Shown here one piece after another: positions 18,489 through 29,156 of a stretch of 64,000 bases of DNA. The translations under genes and the position numbers were made by a program. The stretch's first letter is position 1, and every line of letters starts with the position of its first letter. This DNA is from an uncultured Bacilli bacterium (GTDB lineage: Bacteria > Bacillota_I > Bacilli_A > RFN20 > CAG-826): assembly GCA_944336335.1 (NCBI GenBank), contig CALVLC010000001.1, positions 1,508-65,507 on the forward strand, in the 5' to 3' direction. The notes beneath the pieces are model-generated. The model was not told where the DNA came from and searched no databases. It was given only the letters and a program-made list of their open reading frames with translations.

Positions 18489-20378
18489 CTATTTTTTGTT
18501 AATAGAATTAATGTAATTCAAATCACTGGAAAGTCTTAAATCACCACGTGGCGAAAGAGAAACTGATCCAACTTTTGGTCCATCAGGTATGCAACTTCTT
18601 TTGAATTGCTGAGTAAAAAATCTCTTCATAAAAGTATCAAGTGTGGTACTGATGTAGCTTTCATCAACATCCGGAAAAGCAATTTTAGCCAGTTCAAAAA
18701 TCTTTTCCTTAGTAAATGAATTTCTTATGAAATTATATAAAAAGAAATCATGTAAATCATATTTACCAAGAATTTGTTCAGTTTTTTGGCCAATAGTTTT
18801 ATCACTTGTTGGGACAAGTTCAGGAGAAATTGGTGTATCAATGATATCTTGCAAAACTTTTTTAAACTCTGGATAAGTTTTTCCATAATCAGAAAGTAAA
18901 ACTTTAATTAAGGTTTTAGGAACGCTTACATTAACTCCATACATTGACATATGATCACCATTATAAGTTGCAAAACCTAAAGCTACTTCGCTCAAATCTC
19001 CAGTTCCTACGACTAATCCGTTGACCATATTCGCATAGTCCATTAAATATAAAGTTCTAATTCTAGCTTGTGTATTTTCATAAGCTACATCATATTCATC
19101 AAGAGAATGGTTTAAATCTTTTAGATGAGTTGTAGCTAGTTTCTTAATATTTATAGTTTTGTAGCTTAAGTTAAAAGCTTTTAAAAGATTTTTGACATTA
19201 CTCGAAGTCCTCAAAGAAGTTGCAAACCCAGGTAGAGTTAAAATATGAATGCCACTTGTATCTAAATTTAGCATTTTATAAGCTTCGTAAATAACAACTA
19301 GAGCTAAAGTTGAATCTAAGCCACCACTTATTCCAATTACGACATCTTTAAAACCACTATTTAATAAACGAGTTGCTAAACCTTTGGATTGTAGCGAAAT
19401 AATTTCAAGAGATCTTGCGATTCTTTCTTTCTCGTCATTAAGAATAAATGGATAAGGGTCAACTTTATTAGGCAATAATTCAATTTCGCTATCATCATCA
19501 AGATAAATATAACGATAATTATCATCATTTTTTGCATCAAAGGCTGTTTTATATTTAATTCGATCATTTGAAACTTTGTTAATATCAACTATCGCGCAAG
19601 TTAAACCTTTTTTATCAAGTGTTTCTGCAACTATAGTTCCATTATTTGCAATCAATTGATGACCTGAAAATATTAAATCCTGTGTTGATTCGCCAAAACC
19701 AGAGGAAGAATAAACGTAAATACAATAATTCTTAGCCGATTGTACTTTTACTAAATCTTTTCTAAATTCTCTTTTACCAATTATTTCATTGGAAGCTGAT
19801 AAGTTAACAATAACATTAGCTCCGCTTAAACATAAATTATTAGATGGAGGATTTATAGCCCATAAATCTTCACATATTTCAGCACCAAGTTTCATTTCAC
19901 CTAAATCAAAGATAAGATCAACACCAAAAGGAATATGTTCTTTTTCAATTATAATTTCTTGATTTTTAACGGAAATCCCTGCAGAAAACCATCTTTTTTC
20001 ATAAAACTCATTATAATTTGGTATATATGATTTAGGTACAATACCTAATATTTTATCTTTAGAAAGTGCGAAAGCAACGTTATAAAGTCTATCTAAATGA
20101 TTAATTATTCCACCAACAAAAACTATCATTTGTTGTGGTATAAGTTTAATTATTTCCTTTAAAGACGATAACTCATCATCAATTAATTCTTTATGAAATA
20201 ATAAATCTTGAGATGTATATCCCACTAAAGCAAGCTCAGGAAAAACCAAAACATTTACTTTTTCATCTTCTGCTTTTTTGATTAATTTAATAATTTCATC
20301 TGTATTCTTTTTAACGTCACCTACATGAGTTAAAAAATTTCCAGTTCCAACTTTATAAAATCCAAATTTCGATCTCAT
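18489..20378 (-). CDS. nadE: glutamine-dependent NAD+ synthetase
   Basis: 629 aa with an N-terminal CN-hydrolase-like domain (FPELALVGY) and a C-terminal PP-loop ISGGLDS. Confidence 0.85.
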   Translation of the reverse strand: MRSKFGFYKVGTGNFLTHVGDVKKNTDEIIKLIKKAEDEKVNVLVFPELALVGYTSQDLLFHKELIDDELSSLKEIIKLIPQQMIVFVGGIINHLDRLYNVAFALSKDKILGIVPKSYIPNYNEFYEKRWFSAGISVKNQEIIIEKEHIPFGVDLIFDLGEMKLGAEICEDLWAINPPSNNLCLSGANVIVNLSASNEIIGKREFRKDLVKVQSAKNYCIYVYSSSGFGESTQDLIFSGHQLIANNGTIVAETLDKKGLTCAIVDINKVSNDRIKYKTAFDAKNDDNYRYIYLDDDSEIELLPNKVDPYPFILNDEKERIARSLEIISLQSKGLATRLLNSGFKDVVIGISGGLDSTLALVVIYEAYKMLNLDTSGIHILTLPGFATSLRTSSNVKNLLKAFNLSYKTINIKKLATTHLKDLNHSLDEYDVAYENTQARIRTLYLMDYANMVNGLVVGTGDLSEVALGFATYNGDHMSMYGVNVSVPKTLIKVLLSDYGKTYPEFKKVLQDIIDTPISPELVPTSDKTIGQKTEQILGKYDLHDFFLYNFIRNSFTKEKIFELAKIAFPDVDESYISTTLDTFMKRFFTQQFKRSCIPDGPKVGSVSLSPRGDLRLSSDLNYINSINKK

Positions 20379-21001
20379 AGGTAGCCCTCTTTTTCAAGTA
20401 AATTTATAACATAAGTATAAGTCAATTTTTTGAGACTTTCTTTATCTTTTCTTTTTATAGCTTCTCTTATTTTTGTTGAAGAAATATCTTGAAGCGAATC
20501 TTTAGAGTCAACAAGAATATAACTATCTTTAAAATTCTTAAATATGTCTTTTTCATTAAACAACTGATCTAAGTTATCAAAGTTTCTTCGAATAAGAACA
20601 ATCTTAAACTCTTTTAATATATCTTCAATACGATACCATCTATCTAGCTCATCAGCTTTTTCACTTCCAAAAGCAAACAAAATTTTGTAGCCAGGATACT
20701 TTTCTTTTAAATAAGTTAAAGAATCATATGTTTTGTAAGTTTTACCCTCTACTTCAATTAGTTCAATATCAATATTTTTATTTCTCTTTTTATATTCATT
20801 TAAAATTTCTAAACGAATTGAGAGTGGCATAATTTCTTTTTCTTGAAAATTTTTCCAAGAATGAAAGAAAACATTGCCGGTTGGTAATAAAATTCCTTTT
20901 TCACATTTTAAATGCTTAACAAGATAGCGAATTAAATCACCATGTGCTCTAGAGAGAGGGTTAAACGTTCCGCCAAAAACAACAATCCTTTTATTTTCCA
21001 T
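20375..21001 (-). CDS. nadD: nicotinate-nucleotide adenylyltransferase-like
   Basis: GGTFNPLSRAHG, a variant of the GxFxPxHxGH motif, plus C-terminal ISSTKIR. It is sandwiched between pncB and nadE with overlaps. Confidence 0.7.
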   Translation of the reverse strand: MENKRIVVFGGTFNPLSRAHGDLIRYLVKHLKCEKGILLPTGNVFFHSWKNFQEKEIMPLSIRLEILNEYKKRNKNIDIELIEVEGKTYKTYDSLTYLKEKYPGYKILFAFGSEKADELDRWYRIEDILKEFKIVLIRRNFDNLDQLFNEKDIFKNFKDSYILVDSKDSLQDISSTKIREAIKRKDKESLKKLTYTYVINLLEKEGYL

Positions 21002-22436
21002 ATCGATTATCTTGAATCAATTTAATTTTTAAATTGTATAAATTTTCAGAAAAATCTAAATAATGAATGTGAGGCATAACAAAACGCTTCTCTTCATCCC
21101 ATAAAGTATTATTAATTTGATGTCTTACAAAGTTTCTTCTTTCTTCGATTGTAGGAACTTTATAAACTAATTGCCCTTTACGATAAATTTCTTTTCTTAA
21201 ATTTTTGATTTCAAAATCTTCGAAAACTAGTTCTTTCCATGGCTTGTTTGGATCAATAACTTTTAAAGGTTGTTGAAGTTCTTCTCCATGTAGAGTTAAT
21301 AAGTCAGCTATTGCTCGGCCTTCTTTATTGTATACTCTATATGCGTCTTTAAATGATGGATTAGTTATCTTTTCAAGTGTTTCACTGATTTTGATTTTTG
21401 GTTCCAATTCACCCTTATTGTTGTATATCCCAACTAATTTATAAACACCGCCAAAAACTGGAGCTGATTTAGAAGTGATAAGGTTTTCACCAACACCAAA
21501 AGAATCTAGTTTTGCTCCTTGATCAATTAAAGAACCAATCTTATATTCATCTAATGAATTAGAAGCAACAATAATTGCATCCTTTAAACCAGCTTCATCT
21601 AATATTTTTCGACATTTTTTTGAAAGATAAGCTAAATCACCTGAATCAATACGTACTCCTTTTAATCGATAGCCATTTGGAATTAAGTAGTCTTTAGCTA
21701 CTTTAATTGCATTTTTAATACCAGAATGTAAAACATCATATGTATCAATTAATAAAATTGAGTTGGTTGGATAAAGCTTGGCATAACTTAAAAAAGCATC
21801 ATACTCATTTTCAAAAGCCATTACCCAAGAATGAGCCATTGTACCACTAACTGGAATATTAAAAAGTTCACCAGCAAGTGTAGTTGCAGTTGAATTTACT
21901 CCACCAATATAACTTGCTTTTGCTCCATATAAAGCACTATCGATATTGTGAGCTCTTCTAGCACCAAAATCAGAAACAGCTCTACCTTTTGAAGCAAGTA
22001 CAATTCGATTTGCCTTTGTTGCAATAAGTGTTTCGTGATTTACAATTGCTAAAAATGCTGTTTCTAAAAGTTGGCAATCAATTAAAGGACCAACAACAGT
22101 AATCAAAGGTTCATTTGGATAAATGATTGACCCTTCTTCAAATGAATAAATATCACCTCTAAATTTAAAATTGCTTAAATATTCTAAAAATTTTTCGTCA
22201 AAGATTTTTAACGAACGTAAATAGTCGATATCGTCCTTATCAAAGTGTAAATTTTCAACATAATTTATGATATCCTCAAGTCCGCAAAAGATTGAATAAG
22301 CCGCATCATCTGGGTTATTTCTATAAAACAAATCGAACACTGCGATTTTATCATTCATTTCATTTACAAAATATCCATTAGACATGGTTAATTCGTAAAA
22401 ATCCATTAATAAGGACACATTTCTTTTGAATTCCAT
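20991..22436 (-). CDS. pncB: nicotinate phosphoribosyltransferase
   Basis: 481 aa. The N-terminus LLMDFYELTMSNGY and GTMAHSWV are typical of NAPRTase. It sits in an operon with nadD and nadE. Confidence 0.8.
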   Translation of the reverse strand: MEFKRNVSLLMDFYELTMSNGYFVNEMNDKIAVFDLFYRNNPDDAAYSIFCGLEDIINYVENLHFDKDDIDYLRSLKIFDEKFLEYLSNFKFRGDIYSFEEGSIIYPNEPLITVVGPLIDCQLLETAFLAIVNHETLIATKANRIVLASKGRAVSDFGARRAHNIDSALYGAKASYIGGVNSTATTLAGELFNIPVSGTMAHSWVMAFENEYDAFLSYAKLYPTNSILLIDTYDVLHSGIKNAIKVAKDYLIPNGYRLKGVRIDSGDLAYLSKKCRKILDEAGLKDAIIVASNSLDEYKIGSLIDQGAKLDSFGVGENLITSKSAPVFGGVYKLVGIYNNKGELEPKIKISETLEKITNPSFKDAYRVYNKEGRAIADLLTLHGEELQQPLKVIDPNKPWKELVFEDFEIKNLRKEIYRKGQLVYKVPTIEERRNFVRHQINNTLWDEEKRFVMPHIHYLDFSENLYNLKIKLIQDNRYGK

Positions 22437-22574
22437 ATTCTACCTCTTTTACATGAAAATTATATTTATTTCTCTATAAATAATCAATTTATTAAGTCTA
22501 GTTTATTTTATCAAAAATAGCTTTAAATAGTTAAAATTTTATATCTAAGTTTATACTAGTCTACTTTATCAAAA

Positions 22575-22630
22575 GAACAAAAAGGACTGAAACACTTAGT
22601 CTTTAGAAAAAGAAGATTCAGTCCTTTTTA
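22575..22630 (-). terminator. hairpin terminator after the LemA operon
   Basis: aaaggactgaa / ttcagtccttt 11-bp stem with a long 25-nt loop and a T-rich tail on the minus strand. Confidence 0.5.
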
Positions 22631-22690
22631 AAGAGTTTAATAAAATAAAATAGATTGAATAATAATTTAAAAAACCTTGTAAATCTTAAC

Positions 22691-23629
22691 TTATTTTAGA
22701 TTTTGGTCTAAAAATTTGTTTTTATCAACGTCGAAATCATCAATGAGTTTTAACGGGATTGAAAGCTCCAAAAGATAATTTCGAACGATTTTTTCATCTA
22801 TCTTTTTAAAGACACTAACTTTCGCTTTTGTAGAATAACTATTCATGAAAACATATAGTTTATTTTGATCAACAACGAAAACAATTTTACTGTCGACAAG
22901 TTCATCAAATTCAAGTAAAGATAATTGAACTTGAGGCGTCATCAAATAAAAAGCAAATGTATCATCACTAGAATAAGAATTAAACTTCTTATTGAAATCA
23001 ACTGATTCAAACTCTACTTCAGTTTTTCTTGATGGGGATTTATAAAATTCGGTTTTAGAGTCTTTTTCAAAGCAACAAAAATAATTGTTGAATTGTCTTG
23101 GGAAAGTAAAAACATAAGCTTTTCCAGGATAAGAATAGGTTACTCTTCTAGTGTTTCCTTTAGCGTCTGTTGTTGTATGAATAAATTCGGCTACATAGTC
23201 GCTTCCTTCTATGCCTATTCCTTTATAGGTACTTACGAATAAGTTCTTAGAAGTATAGCGATCAGGATTTCTTAATACATCACTCTGCATCAAATAACTA
23301 AGACTGAGACCTTGCTTAGGAAATGTCTTATAATCTTCGCCATAAAGTTCTTTAAGATAGTCTCCACTAAAAGCATTCTTAAAGGCGTTTATTAACTTTA
23401 TATTAATTCTATTTACCCCAAGTAGCGTTCCAACAACCCCAATAATTATAAGAATGAAACCTATATAAAATAGGGTAAATGGCAAATCATCGTTAAGAAA
23501 GTTGATTAATGAAAGAACTATTCCTACAACAGTGATTATTATAAAAATAACTAAAACAATGATTGCTTTTTTCTTTAGATTTTGTCGTAAAGACTCAAGT
23601 TCTGCAATCTTTTTTTCTTCAATGATCAT
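22691..23629 (-). CDS. two-TM membrane protein, LemA-associated (DUF3137-like)
   Basis: 312 aa with two adjacent TM helices after a coiled N-terminus. It lies immediately downstream of lemA. The family assignment is from memory only. Confidence 0.45.
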   Translation of the reverse strand: MIIEEKKIAELESLRQNLKKKAIIVLVIFIIITVVGIVLSLINFLNDDLPFTLFYIGFILIIIGVVGTLLGVNRINIKLINAFKNAFSGDYLKELYGEDYKTFPKQGLSLSYLMQSDVLRNPDRYTSKNLFVSTYKGIGIEGSDYVAEFIHTTTDAKGNTRRVTYSYPGKAYVFTFPRQFNNYFCCFEKDSKTEFYKSPSRKTEVEFESVDFNKKFNSYSSDDTFAFYLMTPQVQLSLLEFDELVDSKIVFVVDQNKLYVFMNSYSTKAKVSVFKKIDEKIVRNYLLELSIPLKLIDDFDVDKNKFLDQNLK

Positions 23630-23639
23630 TTTTTAAATA

Positions 23640-24242
23640 TTAGAATTCGAATTTAACGTCTTGGCGTTTTTCTTCGTCAGCTTTAAAGAATTCTAAATCT
23701 TTTGTAAAGCCAATTCGTTTAGCAACGATTGAATCAGGGAATGTAACTCTCTTTTGATTGAAGATAGAGACGTTAGAATTATAAACTCTACGAGCGGCTT
23801 GAAGTTGTTCTTCACAATCAGCTGCTTGATTTTGAAGCAAAGTAAATTGAGTATCAGCTTTAAGTTGTGGATATTGTTCAACAACAACATTAATACCTCT
23901 TTGAAGTTCACTTAATTCTGCATTGAGTTTACTTTTTTCATCTAAAGATAATTCTTTAATGTTTCCAGTTCTCATGCCGATAACTTTACTTAATGTTTCT
24001 GCTTCGTGTTTTGCATATCCTTTAACAGCAGCTAAGGCTTTAGTTAAAAGATCATAACGTTTAGTTAAAGCAACATCAATTCCACTATTAGCTTCTTCAA
24101 CTTTAACTTTGGTTTGTCTAAACCAGTTCATTGTAGTAATGTACCATGCAACAATAGCAATGATTGCAATGACAACAACTGCAACAACGACAATAGCAAC
24201 AATAGCGCCTGTGCTTAATAATAAATTTGGAATTATTAACAT
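23640..24242 (-). CDS. lemA: LemA-family protein
   Basis: 200 aa with an N-terminal TM followed by WYITTMNWFRQTKVKVEEANSGIDVALTKRYDLL, the classic LemA region. Confidence 0.8.
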   Translation of the reverse strand: MLIIPNLLLSTGAIVAIVVVAVVVIAIIAIVAWYITTMNWFRQTKVKVEEANSGIDVALTKRYDLLTKALAAVKGYAKHEAETLSKVIGMRTGNIKELSLDEKSKLNAELSELQRGINVVVEQYPQLKADTQFTLLQNQAADCEEQLQAARRVYNSNVSIFNQKRVTFPDSIVAKRIGFTKDLEFFKADEEKRQDVKFEF

Positions 24243-24404
24243 TTTTAACGCCCTCCTTTTAAAATTATACTATAGAAATAGAAAAAATAATAAATAGAGT
24301 TTTAGAAAATTTTCTCTTTAAAAGTAAATTTTTTTGGAATTTTTTAAATTTTCAGATACAAACTCCTTTATATTAGTGAAGAGATATCTTTTTTAGAAAG
24401 GAGG

Positions 24405-24437
24405 ACAACAAAAAAGTGATGCCTTTAAGCACCACTT
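24405..24437 (-). terminator. rho-independent terminator after glgP
   Basis: On the minus strand: aagtggtgc-ttaaag-gcatcactt followed by ttttgttg. Confidence 0.6.
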
Positions 24438-24464
24438 CAAGATATTTACTTCAATTTAAAGATA

Positions 24465-26882
24465 CTAGTCTTTAAGTTCGATTTTCTTTAAATGCCAGAT
24501 ATCTTTATTGTATTGTTCAATTGTTCTATCGCTTGAGAAATATCCACTCTTAGCGATATTGACTAAACAGCTCTTTGTCCAAGTTTGTCTATTTTTGTAA
24601 TAGTCTTGAATCTTTTTGGATTCATTAATGTAAGCAGCAAAATCCATTAAAATGAAATATTCATCGTTGTGATTCATTATTTCATCAAATATACCTCTGA
24701 AACGATCATGGATTTTCTCGCACCATGGGCCATTAAATAAGCTATCTAAAATTCTTCTGATATTTGGGTCGCTATTGTATAAATCCCAAGGATTGTACAT
24801 GCCACTCTTTTTAATGGATTCAATATCATTGACTTTTAATCCAAAGATAAAGCTATTTTCATCACCAACTCTTTCGTTAATTTCAACGTTAGCTCCATCA
24901 AGTGTTCCAAGTGTTAAAGCCCCATTCATCATGAACTTCATGTTACTTGTACCACTTGCTTCTTTACCAGCAGTCGAAATTTGTTCAGAAATATCAGTTG
25001 CAGGGATGATAAGTTCAGCAAGAGAAACACCATAGTTTTCCATAAATACAACTTTCATGTATTTAGAAACATCTGGATCATTATTGACAACATTAGCAAC
25101 AGCGTTAATTAATGTAATAATTTCTTTTGCAAAGACATAGCTTGGTGCAGCTTTAGCTCCAAAAATAAAGGTATGTGGGAGCATATTGAAATCAGGATTT
25201 GTTTTGATTTCAAAGTAATAATGCATAATTCTAAAAACATTTAAAAGTTGTCTCTTATAGGCATGTAATCTTTTAATTTGGGTATCAATAATTGAGTGAG
25301 TATCAATTTTGATTCCAAAATGTTTTTCTACGTAATTAGCAAGTTTGATTTTGTTAAGGTGTTTAACTTTTCTTAATTCTTCAAGAGTTTCACGATCATC
25401 TTGGAACTTTAAGAGTTTTTCTAAATCATCTGGGTTTTTAATCCATGAATCACCGATTTTTGAAGTGATTAATTTAGAAAGCTCTGGATTTGAGTACATT
25501 AACCATCTTCTATGTGTAACACCGTTTGTTTTGTTATTGAATTTTTCTGGGAAATACTTATAGAAATCTTTGAAAGTTTCTTTCTTTAAGATATCTGTAT
25601 GTAATGCAGCAACACCATTAACACTGAAACAAGTAAAGATAGCAAGGTTAGTCATTCTGACCATACCATCTTTAATGATTTGCATATTGTTCATTTCGCC
25701 TTCGCTAACACCATTTTGATTCATCCAAATTGTTGTACGACGATTAATTTCTTCAATAATCATGTAGCAACGTGGGATTAAATTTTGGATGTATTGGATT
25801 GGCCATTTTTCTAAAGCTTCAGGCATAACTGTGTGGTTAGTATATGCAATACATTTTGTAACTTGTTCCCAAGCTTCATCCCATCCAAATCCATGTTCAT
25901 CCATTAATAATCTCATAAGTTCTGGGATAGCTAAAATTGGATGTGTGTCGTTGAGTTGGAAAACATAACTTTCATAGAATTTATGTAAATCACCACCTAA
26001 ACGAATAAATCCTCTAATTGCGCTTTGTAGACCAGCGCTTACGAAGAAATATTGTTGTCTTAATCTAAGGAGTTTACCATGTTCTGTTGTATCATCTGGA
26101 TATAAGCCATGGCATAATTCATTAATTTGATTTAAGTATTCATCAAATGAAATGTTATATGGGAAATTTTGTTCACTTGGTTGTGCTTTCCAAAGTCTTA
26201 AATTGTTAGCAACACCATTACGATAACCAACAACGGAAACATCATATGGGCAAGCGGTAATTTTTGTTGAATTAACTGTTCTAATTCCGTAATCGCCGTT
26301 TGGTTTTAAATATGTTTCAGCATTTCCATAGAAGCTAACTTCAACTGAATGTTTTGGTTTTCTAACTTCCCAAACATAACCGTTTTGTAACCACTGATCT
26401 GGAAGTTCAATTTGATTTTCGTTTACGATTTTTTGTTTGAAGAAACCATATTCATAACGGATACAGTTTCCATTTCCTGGATAACCTAAAGAAGCAATCG
26501 AATCTAAGAAACAAGCAGCAAGTCTACCAAGACCACCATTTCCAAGACCAGCATCGGCTTCCATATCTTCAAGTTCACCAAGGTCAATTCCGAGTTCACT
26601 TAACCCATCTTTACAAATATCATAAATTCCAAGGTTCATCATGTTATTTGTAAGTAAACGACCAATTAAGAACTCCATTGAGAAATAGATTAATTGTTTA
26701 GAACGATTGTGGTTTAAATATTCATGAGTTTGACGCCAGTTATAACCAGCGTAATCTCTAACCATTTCGCCTAAAATATCATATTTTTCTAAAACGTGAG
26801 CATCAGCTGGAGAACGTCCATATTTTGCTGACATTCTAGATTTAAATTCTTTTGCGAATTCACTTTTATTTGAAAAAATCAT
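24465..26882 (-). CDS. glgP: glycogen/maltodextrin phosphorylase
   Basis: 805 aa with the PLP-site motif EASGTSNMKF and GLGNGGLGRLAACFLDS. Confidence 0.9.
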   Translation of the reverse strand: MIFSNKSEFAKEFKSRMSAKYGRSPADAHVLEKYDILGEMVRDYAGYNWRQTHEYLNHNRSKQLIYFSMEFLIGRLLTNNMMNLGIYDICKDGLSELGIDLGELEDMEADAGLGNGGLGRLAACFLDSIASLGYPGNGNCIRYEYGFFKQKIVNENQIELPDQWLQNGYVWEVRKPKHSVEVSFYGNAETYLKPNGDYGIRTVNSTKITACPYDVSVVGYRNGVANNLRLWKAQPSEQNFPYNISFDEYLNQINELCHGLYPDDTTEHGKLLRLRQQYFFVSAGLQSAIRGFIRLGGDLHKFYESYVFQLNDTHPILAIPELMRLLMDEHGFGWDEAWEQVTKCIAYTNHTVMPEALEKWPIQYIQNLIPRCYMIIEEINRRTTIWMNQNGVSEGEMNNMQIIKDGMVRMTNLAIFTCFSVNGVAALHTDILKKETFKDFYKYFPEKFNNKTNGVTHRRWLMYSNPELSKLITSKIGDSWIKNPDDLEKLLKFQDDRETLEELRKVKHLNKIKLANYVEKHFGIKIDTHSIIDTQIKRLHAYKRQLLNVFRIMHYYFEIKTNPDFNMLPHTFIFGAKAAPSYVFAKEIITLINAVANVVNNDPDVSKYMKVVFMENYGVSLAELIIPATDISEQISTAGKEASGTSNMKFMMNGALTLGTLDGANVEINERVGDENSFIFGLKVNDIESIKKSGMYNPWDLYNSDPNIRRILDSLFNGPWCEKIHDRFRGIFDEIMNHNDEYFILMDFAAYINESKKIQDYYKNRQTWTKSCLVNIAKSGYFSSDRTIEQYNKDIWHLKKIELKD

Positions 26883-26886
26883 CTAA

Positions 26887-28824
26887 CTATTTACCTTCCT
26901 TTTCTTCGGTTGCTTCTTCGCCATTTTTATGAGCATATTTAAAGATCATAGCTGCAAATGGTGCGATTTTAACAGTAATTTTGTGTGGCTTATTTTCAGG
27001 ACCCCAATAATAAGACATCACATCTAAACCGTTATAAGCGTTGCTCCCACCATAAACATCTTTATCACTGTTAAATATCTCTGTGTATGTACCTTCACGT
27101 GTGATACCGATATCATATTGCTCGTAATAATTTGGTGTCATGTTGAAGATGAAGACTAAGTGTGAATCACCTACTCTTCTTTCAAAAGCGAAGACACTAT
27201 CATTTTTGTTGTCGACCATAAGCCAGTTAAAATGGACTGGATTATATTCTTCATAATGCATAGCACTTTCTTTTCTATATATAAGATTCAAATCTCTAAC
27301 AAGTCTTGAAATACTATCATGTTTTGGGAAACGCTTTAATTCCCATGGTAGAGATTTTGTTTCGTTCCACTCATCCCAACTTGCAAGTTCATTACCCATG
27401 AAATTAAGTTTTTTACCTGGATGAGCAAATTGATATGTATATAAGTTTCTTACAAGTGCGAATTTTTGATCATAGTCGCCCCACATCTTGTTAAGAATTG
27501 TTCCTTTTCCGTGAACAACTTCATCATGAGATAAAGGCAACATAAAGTTTTCACTGAAGAAATATGCCATTGAGAATGTTAACTTGTTGTGATCATATTT
27601 CTTATAAATTGGATCAAGAGCGTAATATTTTAATGTGTCGTTCATCCAACCTAAGTCCCACTTATAGTCAAATCCAAGTCCACCATATTCAAGTGGTTTA
27701 GTGACGCCAGGGAAATCTGTAGAATCTTCAGCAATCATCATAACGGATGGGTCTGCATAATGCATTTTACCGTTAAGTCTTCTGATAAATTCAGTAGCAC
27801 CATGGTTTTCACCATTATTTTTGTTGCCGTCCCAATAAACAATGTTACTAACTGCATCGACTCTAATTCCGTCAAAATGGAAATAATCAACAAAGTATCT
27901 CATTGCACTCATTAAGAAGCTTCTTACTGGGTCTTTTCCTAAGTCGAATTGGCAACTACCCCAAGGAGAATACATATGTTCGTTTCCGTATTCATACATT
28001 GGAGTTCCATCGAAATCTTTTAATGCCCATGAATCAGTAGCAAAATGAACTGGAGCAAAATCAAGAATAACACCAATTCCAGCTTGGTGGAGTCTATCAA
28101 CAAAACTCATAAGTTGCATTGGGTTCCCATAACGTGAATCAACGCTGAAGAAACCTGTTGCTTGATAACCCCAACTTCCATCAAATGGATATTGAGTAAT
28201 TGGCATAATTTCAATATGAGTAAAGCCAGTTTCTTTTAAATATGGAATTAAATAATCTGCGATTTCTTCGTAAGATAAATTTCTTCCATCAACTTTACCT
28301 TTCCAGCTTCCAAGATGCATTTCATAAATACTCATTGGAGCATCGAAATTTCTTGAACGTTGTTTTAAATAAGGAGCATCATGCCAAATAAATCCATTTA
28401 TATTGAATAAACGTGAACATGAGCCAGGCCTATATTCACTTAAGAATGCAAATGGATCTGCCTTATCAACGTATTCTCCTCTTGCATTTCTAAAGTGATA
28501 TTTATAGAAAGAATAATTGTGTAAACCTTCAATAAATATCTCATAGACACCAGAATCATCAACTTTATTCATTTTATGAACAGTTGGATCCCAATTATTC
28601 CAATCGCCAATGACACTCACATCACTAGCTGCAGGAGCATAAAGTCTAAAAACTACTCCTTCAATTAATTTTTTACGAGAACTCTTTTTAGTTCTACTTG
28701 GATCTTTTTTGAGAGGTATATTAATTATCTCTTTTACCTCTCTAGTTTCAAAATGCGCACCAAAATATTTATAAGCTTCAATACATTGACCAGTTAAATA
28801 GTCAAACAGCAAGCCATAAGCCAT
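26887..28824 (-). CDS. glgB: 1,4-alpha-glucan branching enzyme
   Basis: 645 aa with GH13 motifs DFAPVHF, GIRVDAV and LPLSHDEVVHGK, plus an N-terminal CBM48-like region. Confidence 0.9.
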   Translation of the reverse strand: MAYGLLFDYLTGQCIEAYKYFGAHFETREVKEIINIPLKKDPSRTKKSSRKKLIEGVVFRLYAPAASDVSVIGDWNNWDPTVHKMNKVDDSGVYEIFIEGLHNYSFYKYHFRNARGEYVDKADPFAFLSEYRPGSCSRLFNINGFIWHDAPYLKQRSRNFDAPMSIYEMHLGSWKGKVDGRNLSYEEIADYLIPYLKETGFTHIEIMPITQYPFDGSWGYQATGFFSVDSRYGNPMQLMSFVDRLHQAGIGVILDFAPVHFATDSWALKDFDGTPMYEYGNEHMYSPWGSCQFDLGKDPVRSFLMSAMRYFVDYFHFDGIRVDAVSNIVYWDGNKNNGENHGATEFIRRLNGKMHYADPSVMMIAEDSTDFPGVTKPLEYGGLGFDYKWDLGWMNDTLKYYALDPIYKKYDHNKLTFSMAYFFSENFMLPLSHDEVVHGKGTILNKMWGDYDQKFALVRNLYTYQFAHPGKKLNFMGNELASWDEWNETKSLPWELKRFPKHDSISRLVRDLNLIYRKESAMHYEEYNPVHFNWLMVDNKNDSVFAFERRVGDSHLVFIFNMTPNYYEQYDIGITREGTYTEIFNSDKDVYGGSNAYNGLDVMSYYWGPENKPHKITVKIAPFAAMIFKYAHKNGEEATEEKEGK

Positions 28825-29156
28825 AAATTACCTCCGCGATGTTATACTTTGATTATAATTATTATCAATAATTATTAAAAGAAAAAATATTGAAACTTTT
28901 TAAATTGATATTTTTTTTCATAAGTTTTCTGAAAAGTTTTCAGAAAAAAATTATTTCTTTTTCATCAATAATACAAAAAAGGAAAAATTACTCTAAAAAG
29001 TGCAATAAACATTGTTAGATATTAACTCTATTAAATCTTCATATAAATTTTGACTTTTAAAAGAATGGCTTCCATAAAGAAAAATATGAAATTAAATTTA
29101 TTAAATTTTATATCTAAAATAGATATAATAAATAAGATTATTTAAGGAGATTTGCT

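Noticed and set aside
28825-29156. Possible replication origin at the strand-bias switch (minus-strand genes to the left, plus-strand genes to the right)
   Set aside because: I found no TTATCCACA-type DnaA boxes and no dnaA, dnaN or rpmH nearby. Gene orientation flips back again at 51 kb, so this is just a divergent promoter region.
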